In this document: piece after piece, positions 25,337 to 37,861 of the stretch
Layout of the letters: every line of letters starts with the position of its first letter
Position numbering within the stretch: the stretch's first letter is position 1
Source: Octopus sinensis
Lineage: Eukaryota
Assembly: GCF_006345805.1 (NCBI RefSeq)
Contig: NC_043000.1
Span: forward strand, 26,536,001 to 26,600,000
Direction: 5' to 3'
Length of the DNA stretch: 64,000 bases
Position numbers and translations under genes: made by a program
The notes under the pieces: model-generated
Database searches by the model: none
Told to the model about the DNA's origin: nothing
Seen by the model: only the letters and a program-made list of their open reading frames with translations

Positions 25337-26570
25337 CGACGACGACGACGGCGATAGTGTTTGTAGCCGTGGTAGAGATATTATTCGAGGAAATCCGGAC
25401 GGCAGCGGGGTTGATTGTTAATGATGAGAGTGATTGCGAAGGAGGGGCCCTAACCGTATTATTAAGCGAGCTTCCACAACAAGATGTGCAATCAACACAC
25501 ACACATACACACACACACACCACACACACACGCACATACACACACACACACACATACACACACAAAACACACACACACACACACAAAACACACACAAAAC
25601 ACACATACAATCAATACACAAACAAAACCCCATACAGAGACAAACAGACGCGCACACACATATAAGAAATCATACGTCTTTGTAAACACTAACGCCTACG
25701 CAACCAAGCAGACGTACAAAGAAATGTACAATACACATACAGACGCAAACACGCACACACACACACACAAATACACACACACAAACACGCATACACATAT
25801 ACGCATGCGCATACACCACGCACACGCAACGCACGCATTCAAATACACCTATACGTGTATAAACACCCACACACATACAGACACCGACACACACATCCAC
25901 ACACACAACACACACACACACACACACACACGGACAAGACACTAACGCACTCCTGCACAAACACGAAATCATGCGCAAAGCATTTTTGTTTTATTTATTT
26001 ATTTATTTATTTATTTTCTTTTTCACATGCAAACGTTAGGTTTCATAGCGTTACACCCCATCGTGTTTCTGTCGTTGTTGCGTCGTCGCCAACGCCATCG
26101 CCCTGTCGCTGACGATCTGCATTGTCATCATCGGCGTCATCATCGGCGTCATCATCATCATCATCCCCATCATCACCATCGCCGCCACCCTCACCCCCAC
26201 CACCAAGAACATAATAATAATAATCATCATCATCATCACCACCACCACCACCACCACCTCCACCACCACCACAACCACCACCACCACCACCACCACCACC
26301 ACCATCATCATCATTATCATCATCATCATCATCATCGTCTTCATCACCACGACCAACACCATGACCACCACCACCACCACCACCATCATCATCTTCGTTG
26401 TCGTCGTCGTCGTCCACCACCACCACCACCACCACCACCACCACCAACAGCAGCAGCAGCACCACAATTATCAACAACATGGTCATCATCATCACTATTA
26501 CCACCATCTTCAAATGTCCTCATCACCATCAGCATCACCATCGTCGTCATCTTCATCATCGCTTCATTAT
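23020..26570. repeat. 3.5-kb trinucleotide-rich block with higher-order units; orientation flips from (GAT/GGT)n to (CAT/CAC)n across a (CA)n spacer
   Basis: Unit GATGATATTTGTGTTGACAGCGATGATG occurs 4 times (~23858, 24005, 24150, 24330); ~144-bp duplication at 23397/23541; complementary-strand repeats at 26110-26570. Confidence 0.9.
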
Positions 26571-26689
26571 CAGCATAATTTTTCCCTTGTCTACCCTCAG
26601 ATACAGTGGTTGTTGTAAGCGAATAACCTCTTTCCTCTCAAAATTACTGGTCTTATGCCTAAATTGGAGTGGGAGTTGTTTTTCAAGGT

Positions 26690-27097
26690 CGAAAATCTAA
26701 GACAGTCATTAAAGCGTCTCAAAAAATGTCCTGCGGCGGTTTTTGTTGTGCATCTTTACACTTTCTGTTCAAATACCGCTGAGATTAATTTTGCCTTTAA
26801 TCTTTCCCGGGTCGATAAAATGAAGAAACGGTCAAGGACTGCCTCGAGGTAATCGATTAACCCCGCTCCTAAATATTGCTGGCTTTGTGCCTAAATTGAA
26901 ATAAGATTAGCAAGTCGGACAAAATGCTAAGCGGTATTTTGTCTGTCGTTTCGTTCTGAGTTCAAATTCTGCCGAGGTCTACTTCATCTTTTATGCATTC
27001 TGAGTCGAGAAATTAAGTACCAGTGAAGTACTGGGTTTGATGGAATCGTCTAATCCCCTCCTTGCAAATTTCAGGCCTTGTGCCTTTTATAGAAAGG

Positions 27098-27156
<59 letters not shown>
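26690..27156 (+). mobile_element. Two SINE A copies, the second ending in an (ATT)n tail
   Basis: 26690-26905 and 26908-27096 (AAATTTCAGGCCTTGTGCC...AGAAAGG) followed by (ATT)n at 27097-27156. Confidence 0.8.
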
Positions 27157-27850
27157 CTCAGGCTTTGTTGGAACTCTTGTAGCTTTGCATGCGTAGCGGG
27201 CTTACTATCTGTAGCCTACAGTACCATGCTACCCATTCTTTTCAGCTTTCTAATACTTTCCTGATTATTCTAGCAGTGCCAAGGAGGCAAACCTTTTGGA
27301 ACATTTCTACTGGGCACTCTATTCTAAGTTCCTTCATGTTCCTCTTGATGCCTTCTGATACTGTTTCAAAGGACCCAACAATAATTGGCAATATCTTCAC
27401 CTTCTCCATTTTCCATAGCCAGGCTATTTCGTACTTAAGATGGTTGTATCTATCTACCTTCTTGCCTTCTTTCTTAACAATTCGTGGGTTAAAGGGGCAT
27501 GCAACATCAACTATATAGCATATGTGGTGCATCTTGTCGACGACCACCACTAGATCCGATCTGTTATGCTCTGGATTGGTAAATCCCAGAGGATTTTGCT
27601 AGTCTCCGACTCCGCCATTCTCTGCGGTTTGTGCTCATACCACATCTTGCCTCTCTCGAGCCCCCATTTTTCGCAGTTTCCAATGTAGCACTTTCGTTAC
27701 CTCATCGTGTTGCCACAACTTGTGGTTTTGGTCCATCTAGGACATTCGTTCGTGACATGGTCAATGGTTTCATCCACTCTATTATAGATGCGGCACAGCG
27801 GAGGCACTTGCTCATTCCTAAGATTGACTCTCCAGTTTGTGTCGAAAGCT
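27157..27850 (-). mobile_element. R4/Dong-like non-LTR retrotransposon 3' end (zinc knuckle plus restriction-like endonuclease), frameshifted
   Basis: Minus strand gives PLCRIYNRVDETIDHVTNECP, HDEVTKVLHWKL, KILWD, HNRSDLVVVVDK, then ORF 27242-27550 IVDVACPF...EGKKVDRY..LKYEI..LWK...ILPIIVGS...CLLGTARIIRKVL; the 3' UTR runs into (TAA)n. Confidence 0.85.
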
Positions 27851-27899
27851 TTGTCTAATTCAGTATGGTATTATCCATATAATTCAAAATGTGGTGATT

Positions 27900-28014
27900 A
27901 TAATCAAAATAAGCAACAAGGATATCCAGAGGTAATGCAGTACGATCGTTTGGAGACGCATGAAACGATCGTACTGCATTACCTCTGGATATCCTTATTG
28001 CTTACTTTGATTAT
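27900..28014. repeat. 52-bp inverted repeat, 2 mismatches, 11-nt loop
   Basis: ATAATCAAAATAAGCAACAAGGATATCCAGAGGTAATGCAGTACGATCGTTT / AAACGATCGTACTGCATTACCTCTGGATATCCTTATTGCTTACTTTGATTAT; the right arm ends in (TA)n. Confidence 0.95.
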
Positions 28015-28019
28015 ATATA

Positions 28020-28410
28020 TACTCTTTTACTCTTTTACTTGTTTCAATCGTTTGACTGCGGCCATGCTGGAGCACCGCCTTTAGTCGAGCAAATCGACCC
28101 CGGGTCTTATTCTTTCTAAGCCCAGTACTTATTCTATCGGTCTCTTTTGCCGAACCACTAAGTGACGGGGACGTAAACACACCAGCATCGGTTGTCAAGC
28201 AATGCTAGGGGGGGACAAACACAGACACACAAACACACACACACATACATATATATACATATATACGACAGGCTTCTTTCAGTTTCCGTCTACCAAATCA
28301 ACTCACAAGGCATTGGTCTGCCCGGGGCTATAGCAGAAGACACTTGCCCAAGATGCCACGCAGTGGGACTGAACCCGGAACCATGTGGTTGGTTAGCAAG
28401 CTGCTTACCA
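28020..28410 (-). mobile_element. SINE B/C near full length
   Basis: Reverse complement of all modules, with a short internal (TG)/(TA) linker. Confidence 0.9.
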
Positions 28411-28839
28411 CACAGGTATGTTTGTGCATGTCTATACCTAGGTATAAACACATGCATATATATATATACATATATATATATATATTATATATATATATAT
28501 ACTCACACACATATATATGCTTGATTACGCATACAAACGCATAAAGAAGCACACACACCCGTGATTACATACGCACAAGCACAAATACACACATGCACAC
28601 GCACACACACACACATATTTACGTACATACGCATACATATATTTACACACAAATATATATGTATATATATATATATATACATACTTGTATCCCCGTAAAA
28701 AATACACATAGAAATACACTAACATACCAACATATATAATCTAATTTTAGGAAGAACTTGTTGACAGTGAGTTCGAGCCTTCAGTGTGTATGTCGACATC
28801 TTACTATATACATACACACACACACCACACACACACACA

Positions 28840-28879
<40 letters not shown>

Positions 28880-28887
28880 TATATATA

Positions 28888-29020
28888 TATTGTTGAAATT
28901 TACAGAAAAGAAAAGGCGAAAACTGGTGTTGGAGCAACAAGCAGGTGTATTAGTTTAACGCCCGGTTAAAATGGAAAAGTCTTTTACGTTTCGAGCTTAC
29001 GTTCATCGACAGAACGGATT
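28888..29020 (-). mobile_element. Family F element with degenerate hammerhead-like motif (28981-29016)
   Basis: Minus strand reads CTGTCGA-T-GAAC-GTAA-GCTC-GAAA-CG-TA-AAAG; the 3' end abuts (TA)n. Confidence 0.65.
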
Positions 29021-29197
29021 AAGTGTGTGTGTGTGTGTGGGGGGGGGGATGGACAGAGAAAAAAAAATGTATAGAGGAAACCTGTGTTGAATTCAATGGT
29101 CCAACACGATGAGATGACGGGAAAAAAGAGGTTGAATGAAAGGGAGATAATAAAAACGGTAATAGTAACGCCAATGAAGGTGGGAAAAAAATCTGTA

Positions 29198-30358
29198 AAT
29201 TATGCAGATCGAATATGATTTTTACATCGTAATAAAATTGAGATAAAATCAGCACTAATTACAATTAGGAAATGTTTGATTGCGTAATGTTTGTAGATGC
29301 TCCCAGCGAAATATGAAACACCGCACCCACCAAAAAGAAAAAAAAAAATTAATAGTTTTTAAGAAATTCTTCTGAAAAGCTAATTTCAGTATCCAAGTGG
29401 TTGACAGAAATTTGAGTTCTGAATGTAAAGACGGGCAAAATGCCGCTAAGCTATTTGCCCAGCGCACTGATGATTCTAACATTTCACTACCTTAGTATTC
29501 TATATATCAGAGTCGCACACATGCTTCTGATTGCTGCATCGTATTTTTACGCAGTATGCAGGCCAAATATGAGCGTAAGTTTCTTTTCGGTATGACTGTT
29601 CCCATGTTCACTGAACATTTTCACCTACACGTTGAGCAGTCTATTACACAATCTGTATACCCGCATACACATACCTGTGTGTTAGGGGGGAGTGAAAATA
29701 TAAAGAAAAAAAATTGTGGAAATTGAAAATGCCCGAGGTTCAAAATCTTGCTATATATTATTACTAGAAAAATGCTAAATTTTTCGCTTAGATCAGTCAA
29801 GAGCATTCACTCCCTCAAACTCCACGAACTTCTCTATATTAAAAAAAAAATTACCCCCCCCCCCATTTTCGGAGATTAAGGGGCTTGAGGGAGTATATGC
29901 ACTTGATTGATCTCAGCGAACATTTACATTTTTCTAGTAATTAAATATAGCAACATTTTAACCCTCAGGTATTTTCAGTTTTTACAATTTTTATTTTCAC
30001 CCCCACTCCTACTGTCTATGCTACGTAAGCTTCACAAAGGATTCCTTCAACATAATAAATTGTGGCAGTTCATACAATAAGCTATGTTTCTCACTTTACC
30101 GTTACTATTGCGAGATTTTCTTTCGAAAGTTCTTGTTATTCGTTTTATAGGTGTACCTATCCAAAAAGAACTTTCAAATGATTTACCTGCTTTTTTGTCA
30201 ACCACTTGAATACTGAAATTAACTTTTCAGAACTTTTTTTCACAATTCGCTGGGAGCATCTACAAACATTACGCAATCAAACATTTCCTAATTGTAATTA
30301 GCGCTGACTTTCTCTCAATTTTATTACGATATAAAAATCATATTCGATCTGCATAATT
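29198..30358. repeat. Nested inverted repeats: outer 29198-29408 / 30196-30358, inner 29687-29819 / 29885-30003
   Basis: Outer arms match over ~113 bp with ~5 mismatches plus a further ~36 bp after a ~55-bp insertion. Inner arms are ~80% identical by eye. A SINE A fragment lies at 29405-29480. Confidence 0.85.
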
Positions 30359-31254
30359 AATTTTTTTTAGAATATTTTCACATATTTCTTGGGCTTCTTT
30401 ATGCATTTTGCCGGTATCCTTTTGCGTGAAATCACATAAATGCACGTAGACGATAAAGTATTGAGAACGTTTCCACCCAATACAAGCGTTTATGAGGATT
30501 GCATATTTTTGACATCTCCCTCATTTCTCTTACGAGGTTTGCCATTACGACATTTCATTTAGCTGTTTCCGACACGACAGAGTCTTTACTGATTATTAAT
30601 GGGTTCGCCATAGGTTTTCTGTAGTAATGTGAGTGGAATATGCATGGTTTCATGATTCCAGCGATGGTTATATTCTCTATCAATAACTATGTTTACTGGG
30701 CAGACAATCTCCTATTGGGATGTTTAGAGGGAGCAGTCAGAAGTGATTTTATGCGACCAGAAATGAAATTGACGTGATATATAAAGGCATTGTGTATGAT
30801 TCACCTTTCTGTCTGTCAGCGTCAGAAATCATTTAATGACGGGGTTAATGTTATCAACATATCGAAAGTACAATGCTACATTAATATTACAAGTAGCCAA
30901 TTTTCGTTTTTATTCAGCCAACAATACCATAAAAATGTAGGCGGCATCTTTACCAATTCTCTCCCCTTAACACTGACATTCATCTCTTTATAAAGCATAT
31001 TGTTGACTTTAATGCGTATTCTTTGATGTGGCAGTAAGGCTGGCACCCAGTGTATGCGCAACTGAGGATGTAATGCTGTTATTATCTAGATGGGGCTGGG
31101 TTGGTTCAGTCCAAATTAAGCAGCGTTCATTCGCGGTGGGAGGAGAACTTGAACATCAGAATTAGCAGTGGAAAATCTACCACGCCTTGGGTTAGTGAAT
31201 CAGAGGTTTTCCAGATTATGTCTAGTCAAATATTCATTATCAAAGGTCAGGACT

Positions 31255-32335
31255 GGGTGCCCGGTGACTTAGTGGTTAATGTGTTGCACTCACGATCGCA
31301 AGACTGTGGTTTCGCTCCCAGGAGCAGGCACTGCGTATGTTCTCGAGAAAATACTTTGTTTCACGTTGCACTAGTCTACTCAGCTGTAAAAAGATAATTC
31401 TGGAAGGGACTGACTTCCCGTTCAGACGGAATATTGTGATCTCAGTCACTTATATGCCGTGGAGACTGGATTACTGTGCCCAACGAGTTCTAGGACTTCA
31501 GACTGTAATTTCCAGTGAACTGGGAACAGGCCACTTCACCAGAATTAATATTATGGGTATAGTAAAGACGGCGAGCTAGCAGAATCGTTAGCACGCCGGA
31601 CGAAATGCTTAGCAGTATTTCATCTGCCGCTACGTTCTGAGTTCAAATTCCACCGAGGTCGACTTTGCCTTTCATCCTTTCGTGGTCGATAAATTAAGTA
31701 GCAGCTGCGTGCTGGGGTTGATCTAATCGACTGCTTCCCTCCCCCAAAATTTCGGGACTTGTGCCCAGAGAAGAAAAGAATATTTAATTATTTGTAAGGC
31801 GGCGAGCTGGCAGAATTGTTAGCACGCCGGGCGAAATGCTTAGCGGTATTTCGTCTGTCGTTACGTTCTGAGTTCAAATTCCGCCGAGTTCGACTTAGCC
31901 TTTCATCCTTTCGGGGTCGATTAAATAAGTACCAGTTACGCACTGGGGTAGATATAATCGACTTAATCCCTTTGTCTGTCCTTGTTTGTTCTCTCTGTGT
32001 TTAGCCCCTTGTGGGTAGTAAAGAAATAGGTATTTCGTTTGCCGTTACGTTCTAAGTTCAAATTCCGCCGAGGTCAACTTTGCCTTTCATCCTTTCGGGG
32101 TCGATTCAGTAAGTACCATTTACTCACTGGAGTCGATGTAATCGACTTAATCCGTTTGTCTGTCCTTGTTTGTCGCCTCTGTGTGTAGCTCCTTTTGGGC
32201 AGTAAAGAAATAGGTATTTCGTTGGTCTTTACGTTCTGAGTTCGAATTCCGTCGAGGTCGACTTTACCTTTCACCCCTTTCTGGGTCGATAAAATAAGTA
32301 CTAGTTGAGCACTGGGGTCGATTTAAACAATTTAC
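31255..32335 (+). mobile_element. SINE cluster: decayed D (31255-31560), A (31567-31785), A trimer (31797-32335)
   Basis: Trimer junctions AAAGAAAT|AGGTATTTCGT at ~32027 and ~32211. Confidence 0.85.
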
Positions 32336-32364
32336 ACCCGTTCTACCATTGAACCATTCTTATA

Positions 32365-32498
32365 ATTTTTATAATTTGTATATATTTATTTTATTATAAG
32401 TGCAAAACAAAAGCACAGAGGAATCGACGTAAGCTTAAGCAATAAACCCCGATAGGTGAACCGCTATAGGCGAACCGCATTATGGCGAGGGATTACTG
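32365..32498 (-). mobile_element. Tigger-like MITE end
   Basis: GGAATCGACGTAAGCTT...GATAGGTGAACCGC...GGCGAGGGATTACTG. Confidence 0.7.
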
Positions 32499-33220
32499 TG
32501 GTGAGGTTACACGAATACTGCTTATCATATAGTCGGTGATATCGAATTCACGGCTGTAATAATTATTCTTGTCTCCGTGCTACCAGATACCTTTCCCAAT
32601 ATTTCTATTGATTGTGAGATTATGAGAGAAAGTATGATGTTCTATTAAGAACATTATTAGTAGTAAGAACAGGGCAGTAACGGTAATACAGCATCAAGGT
32701 CATTTATGATCCTTTCTAAGGCGATCGAAAATAAAGTAAAGTTTTCATTGTTACTTGCCTGGAAGTTATTTATTATCTGTTTCTTGTGATGTAAGATATT
32801 ATACATCATAAGACTTTTTCATTTTTTTCATAATAAAAGGAAGCTCAATGTATTTGTTATGACGAACTAATTATATGCCGGATTGTTTTCTGACGGTGAA
32901 ATATCATCGCGTAATGTCGACGTTGATGGTCCGGATATTTGTAAGCTAACAATTTTGTTAACTCTGCTGTGTAACAATTGACATTCGAAAACGTTACTAA
33001 GTAGAAAAATTATTCATTTAGACGAATTATGTAAATTAGAGCTGTATTATATAAAAAAAAGTAATTCCTTGAAAATAATAATAAAAAAATTGATGGAGAA
33101 GATTCGTATACATAACGTAGGAAATATGAAAGAATACTGCAAGTTATTCTATACAGTACTTCAACGACTATGGCGACTACGGTAGTTTGTCTCCCTCTTA
33201 CCCACAGATTAATTGCAGGT

Positions 33221-33500
33221 GAAGGCGTATGGCTTAGTGGTTAGAGCGTCGGGTTCATAATCACGAGGGTGAGAGTCCGATTCTCAGACCGAGCTATGTG
33301 TTGTGTTCTTGGGCAAGATACTTTATTTCCTGTTGTTTCTGTTCATTTGTTGTATATTTCTAATGATGCTAACCAGCTGACTAGGCGAGAAGGTCAGCAT
33401 TTTCTCTGAACGGAACGCCAGTTACTGCTGACTGAACTGGAGCAACGTGGACTGGAGTGTTTTGCTCAAGAACGCAACGCGTACCCAATCTGATAATCGA
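33221..33500. mobile_element. Two SINE D heads in opposite orientation (33221-33345 +, 33420-33500 -)
   Basis: GGCGTATGGCTTAGTGGTTAGAGCGTCG...GTTCTTGGGCAAGATACTTTA; CTGAACTGGAGCAACGTG...TTGCTCAAGAACGCAACGC. Confidence 0.7.
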
Positions 33501-33523
33501 AACACAGTCCCTGATGGCGTAGC

Positions 33524-33580
33524 ATAAATTCTGCTTTACCTTTCATCCCAGAAAGAGATGAAAGGTAAAGCAGAATTTAT
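33524..33580. repeat. Perfect 24-bp hairpin derived from the SINE A central domain
   Basis: ATAAATTCTGCTTTACCTTTCATC-ccagaaaga-GATGAAAGGTAAAGCAGAATTTAT. Confidence 0.9.
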
Positions 33581-33845
33581 TTTCAAAGATTTTTTTTTTT
33601 GCAGTTTGCATTAACACTGACATATAAGTAATATATTTATTATTAAATATGATAATATATATTGTATGATAATATATATTGTAAGTTACGAAACAATTTG
33701 TCGTGATTTTTCAATTTCATTGGTGTTAAATAATATTTCACCGAAACAGTTCTTTGTCATTTATGACTTACACCCCCCCCCCCCGCGCACACGCACACAC
33801 ACACACACACGCATACACACACACACGCACGCACACATATATATA

Positions 33846-33929
33846 TACGAGGGTGTATGATAAGTCTTGAGCCTCAAAAACCCAAATAAGATACAAAACT
33901 TCAAGGCTCAAGACTTCATACACCCTTCG

Positions 33930-33931
<2 letters not shown>
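33846..33931. mobile_element. 86-bp mariner-like MITE inserted in (TA)n
   Basis: TACGAGGGTGTATGATAAGTCTTGAGCCT...AGGCTCAAGACTTCATACACCCTTCGTA; the TA-CGAGGG terminus is typical of mariner TIRs. Confidence 0.75.
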
Positions 33932-33965
<34 letters not shown>

Positions 33966-34889
33966 ATATATGTATGTATAATATATATATGTATGTGAGC
34001 GTTCGTCCCTCTATTTATATATGCATAGAAATATGCGTGTATATATACACAGATATAAATATATATAAACCGCATGTATATAAGCATACACATATGTATA
34101 TTATGTAGATACACATATACACAGATACACAGACATTATGTCTATACATATATACACACACGTGCACATACAAGCAAGTAAATCTACTACATATGTGGGA
34201 AATTCTGCCTGTGGGTGTGTTTGTTTGCGGAGTTGTTAGCTAACTCCTCCTCCATCGTTTTATTGATTTTGATAAAATTTTACACGTGAGTAGAACTCAT
34301 GTCTGGAAACTTCATGGCATACTCAGATTGTTGAAAAATATCGATAATAGGGCCCCTGGAAGGGATCCTTTTATATAATTAATATATTTTATTTTAACAG
34401 CCAAGGGAAATAGCCCATTCATTTTTCTATATTATTTGGTATAAATCAAATTAGGTATGCTTATTTCTTAATATTTGAACTGTTAGAGTCATTTTCCCAA
34501 TTTATCCAATACAACCCTTAAACAAGTGAACAGTATTTTCCGAAACAATAGATCCACTTATTTCGGTTAGTGATTTATTCACGTTCAATAACGCCATTTA
34601 CAATGAGATATTATTTGACCTGGATACCCAAGTGCAACCTATGGCAGGCCAAGGCAATTCCACATTTGGTTATTACATAACTGACTTCACAATTTGGGTA
34701 TTCATAACTTACTGGGAATTCCTAAAATCAAGATCCTGTATAAAACAGTTCGGTATTCTCTGTAAATGCACAAAAACCGTTTTAAGGGCCACATATTTTG
34801 TATTGTTGTTATTGGATTAGCAAAACAATAATGTGAACGAAGCCAAGGTATAAGCCCCGCTTTTCCGGAAATTACTGGGTAAGTCAGCT

Positions 34890-34931
<42 letters not shown>

Positions 34932-35141
34932 AATATACATATATTTGCTTGATTGTAACTGCAAGTGTGTGTATATATGTATAGACATAATGTGTGTTTC
35001 TGTGTATATGTGTACCTACATAATATACATATATGTATACTTATATACATACATGTATATATGGTTATATCTGTGTGTATATATTTATACACGCATATTT
35101 ATATGTATATATTTGCGCCCCCGCCGCCTCCGTAATATACA

Positions 35142-35628
35142 TGTATATCACTCGCCATATCACTGTTCACCTGTCGCGCACTCAGTACATCGCGGGTATT
35201 TCTGGCTAATATATGCAAATTTATATCGCAAATGCCTCAGTATATCGCTGGTTTCTGCGGCCGATAGGTATTTATATTTTCTTTAGATTTTAAATATTTC
35301 TGTAGCAAAATTAATAAATTAATAAATTAAATAAAAATACAGTGCTGCACTGTATAACATATTAATCAATATATATGAAAAGAAAATCTGTAGTGTACCG
35401 TAGATGAGGAAACAAAGAATCAGCCATACTGTATGGAAAGCGAAACTCCTAAAAGTCTGGGGGAGAGATTATAAAAGCTTAAATATATAAAAAATAATAA
35501 AATAAATATATACAACTTGTAAAAATATAAAAACAAATATAGAGTATAGTACTGTTTCTACTTCGCGGATATTCACTTATCGCGGATCTTACTGGAACGT
35601 AAAACCTGCGATAGTGGACGGATTACTG
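35142..35628 (+). mobile_element. Tigger-like MITE, decayed
   Basis: CACTCGCCATATCACTGTTCACCTGTCGCG at the left; AGTACTGTTTCTACTTCGCGG...GGATTACTG at the right. Confidence 0.55.
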
Positions 35629-35652
35629 AATATATATAATACATACACAGAA

Positions 35653-35683
<31 letters not shown>

Positions 35684-36403
35684 CATAGATGCTTACATCA
35701 GTATGTATGTATGTGATGTATCTATCTGTCTGTCTGTCTGTCTGTCTATAGATATAAATAGGTATAAGCGCAGCTATGAATATGGTGTTCAGAAGTTCCT
35801 TTTGCGAGCACATGGCTTGAAGTTCAGTTTCGATGCGATGCTCTTGGGAGGAGTGTCTTCTAACACAGTGCCCAACCGACAAATGGCTCCTAAGCGAATT
35901 TCTTTTATATAGACACACACACAGACACAAACACACAGAGATTCAGACACGCACACTGACAAACACACACATACACAAATTCTCCCTTATATATATATAT
36001 ATATATATAATCAGGCATCTGCATACACATGCAAATCTAACACTGAATTCTGTTCCTTACCGCTAGCTCCATATCCCACTCTTACATCTCTCTTACATCC
36101 ATGCCGTGTACCTAGGTAACCTCATCATTAGTTAACATCCACCTCTCACCTCTCTGCATCCTATTATGAATACCGGGTTGGCACCACCCAGCAACCGACC
36201 GACGCAGCAGCTAATTCTCATCATCTCACCAAACAAACCAACATTCGTTGTTGTTCATGAAATTTCTCATACGCTCAGCTACAGACGTAGCACAACAAAC
36301 ATACGATGTAATTCCATTCGACACCACCCCACAAGCGCACACACATACACATACATGTATATAGAGACATACATATGTAGTCACACACATATATGTATGC
36401 ATG

Positions 36404-36473
<70 letters not shown>

Positions 36474-36759
36474 GATGCTTACATCAGTTATGTATGTATG
36501 TGATGTATCTATCTGTCTGTCTATAGATATAAATAGGTATAAGCGTAGCTATGAATATGGTGTTCAGAAGTTCCTTTTGCGAGCACATGGCTTGAAGTTC
36601 AGTTTCGATGCGATGCTCTTGGGAGGAGTGTCTTCTAACACAGTGCCCAACCGACAAATGGCTCCTAAGCGAATTTCTTTTATATAGACACACACACAGA
36701 CACAAACACACAGAGATTCAGACACGCACACTGACAAACACACACATACACAAATTCTC

Positions 36760-36794
<35 letters not shown>

Positions 36795-37200
36795 CAGGCA
36801 TCTGCATACACATGCAAATCTAACACTGAATTCTGTTCCTTACCGCTAGCTCCATATCCCACTCTTACATCTCTCTTACATCCATGCCGTGTACCTAGGT
36901 AACCTCATCATTAGTTAACATCCACCTCTCACCTCTCTGCATCCTATTATGAATACCGGGTTGGCACCACCCAGCAACCGACCGACGCAGCAGCTAATTC
37001 TCATCATCTCACCAAACAAACCAACATTCGTTGTTGTTCATGAAATTTCTCATACGCTCAGCTACAGACATAGCACAACAAACATACGATGTAATTCCAT
37101 TCGACACCACCCCACAAGCGCACACACATACACATACATGTATATAGAGACATACATATGTAGTCACACACATATATGTATGCATGTATACACACACACA
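35684..37200 (+). repeat. Tandem duplication, period ~786 bp
   Basis: Units start CATAGATGCTTACATCAG at 35684 and 36470; near-identical apart from microsatellite lengths and a few substitutions (CGCAGCT/CGTAGCT, GACGTAGC/GACATAGC). Each contains a decayed SINE B head. Confidence 0.9.
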
Positions 37201-37706
37201 CACACACACAACACACATATATATATACATACATATATATGTGTGTATATATGTACATATATATGCATGTATATACATACATATATGAATATATTATACG
37301 TATATGTATATATATTATACGTTGGTACGTATATTTATGTTTGTATATTTGTGTATATATATATACAATATATATATACATATATATATATATTTATATA
37401 TATATATATATATATATTTTTATATATATATACATAATATATATATATATATCAAATATATATATATTATGTATGTATATGTATGAACATATATGTATGT
37501 ATATATGTATACGTATATATATATATATATGTATATATGTATATATATATCGATATATATACACATACATACATATATATATATGTATATATGTTTGTGT
37601 ATATACTTATATGTATATATATGTATCTATGTATAAGTGTACTTTTATGTATGTATATATATTTATATGTCAAAATCTGCGTCTGTGTATATGTATATAT
37701 ATATGC

Positions 37707-37774
<68 letters not shown>

Positions 37775-37823
37775 ATATATACAGTAGGAGATCCGTCCAC
37801 AAATGTTTGTCCACTCACTCGTG

Positions 37824-37861
<38 letters not shown>

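Noticed and set aside
23280-25421. Poly-Asp frames resembling acidic biomineralisation proteins
   Set aside because: The Asp frame is repeatedly broken by stops and frame slips; no signal peptide; explained by (GAT)n expansion.
30876-31061. HWVPALLPHQRIRIKVNN resembling a LINE RT segment
   Set aside because: The expected downstream GVPQG motif is absent, so the similarity is too weak.
31797-32335. CRISPR-like repeat/spacer appearance of SINE A arrays
   Set aside because: Units are ~180-190 bp with no unique spacers, the context is eukaryotic, and no cas genes are present.
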